From Escherichia phage vB_EcoM_PTE-Eco09, in sequence record PQ306574.1: a stretch of 64,000 bases of DNA, one strand, 5' to 3'. The notes under the pieces are model-generated. The model had not been told where the DNA came from, made no database searches, and worked only from the letters and a program-made list of their open reading frames with translations. Shown here piece after piece: positions 63,994-64,000 of the stretch. The translations under genes were made by a program, and so were the position numbers. Within the stretch, counting starts at the first letter, position 1, and each line of letters begins with the position of its first letter.

Positions 63994-64000
63994 ATGTAAG

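Noticed and set aside
1-64000. tRNA or rRNA genes
   Set aside because: No cloverleaf-compatible segment with T-loop GTTCRA or anticodon-stem pattern was recognised by eye; the T4 tRNA cluster maps elsewhere. A tRNAscan run would be needed to be sure.

Overview
This window reads as a T4-like (Tevenvirinae-type) myovirus genome segment, AT-rich, with gene order broadly collinear with the T4 map as I recall it. All calls below come from reading the translated ORFs and the DNA by eye; no database search or folding was run, and coordinates I derived by hand (promoters, hairpins, small ORFs, refined starts) are approximate to about 2 nt. Layout: (1) 1-700, three small plus-strand accessory ORFs, one DUF2829-like. 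(2) 723-11312, minus strand: holin t and long tail fibre genes 37-36-35-34. (3) 11347-43956, plus strand early/middle region: HNH-AP2 endonuclease, rnh, a CYTH-like insert, dsbA, 33, 59, 32, frd, td, nrdA, an HNH endonuclease, nrdB, rnlA, a spanin pair, pseT, cd, 31, a NADAR-like protein, DNA ligase 30, alt plus a second ADP-ribosyltransferase and a lipoprotein. Within it, two hyperplastic stretches (25.4-26.7 kb and 34.1-40.4 kb) hold small ORFs, each behind a repeated promoter-plus-stem-loop cassette that matches my recollection of PeSL elements from pseudo-T-even phages. (4) 43985-50034, minus strand baseplate genes 54-48-29-28-27-51, then 26, 25, uvsY (plus), uvsW (minus), a GIY-YIG endonuclease, hoc. 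(5) 58793-63840, minus strand head genes 24, 23, 22, 21 with TATAAATA late promoters. The best candidate for an undescribed system is the translationally coupled four-gene module at 38334-40141 (small protein, minimal C5-cytosine-methyltransferase-like protein, zinc ribbon, DUF262/ParB-like protein without a nuclease domain). Other leads are the DUF2829-like, NADAR-like, CYTH-like and DprA/SLOG-like accessory genes, a td with a ~120-aa in-frame insertion, and a gp37 with a self-cleaving chaperone-type C-terminus and no gp38. No tRNA, rRNA, CRISPR array or intron was found.
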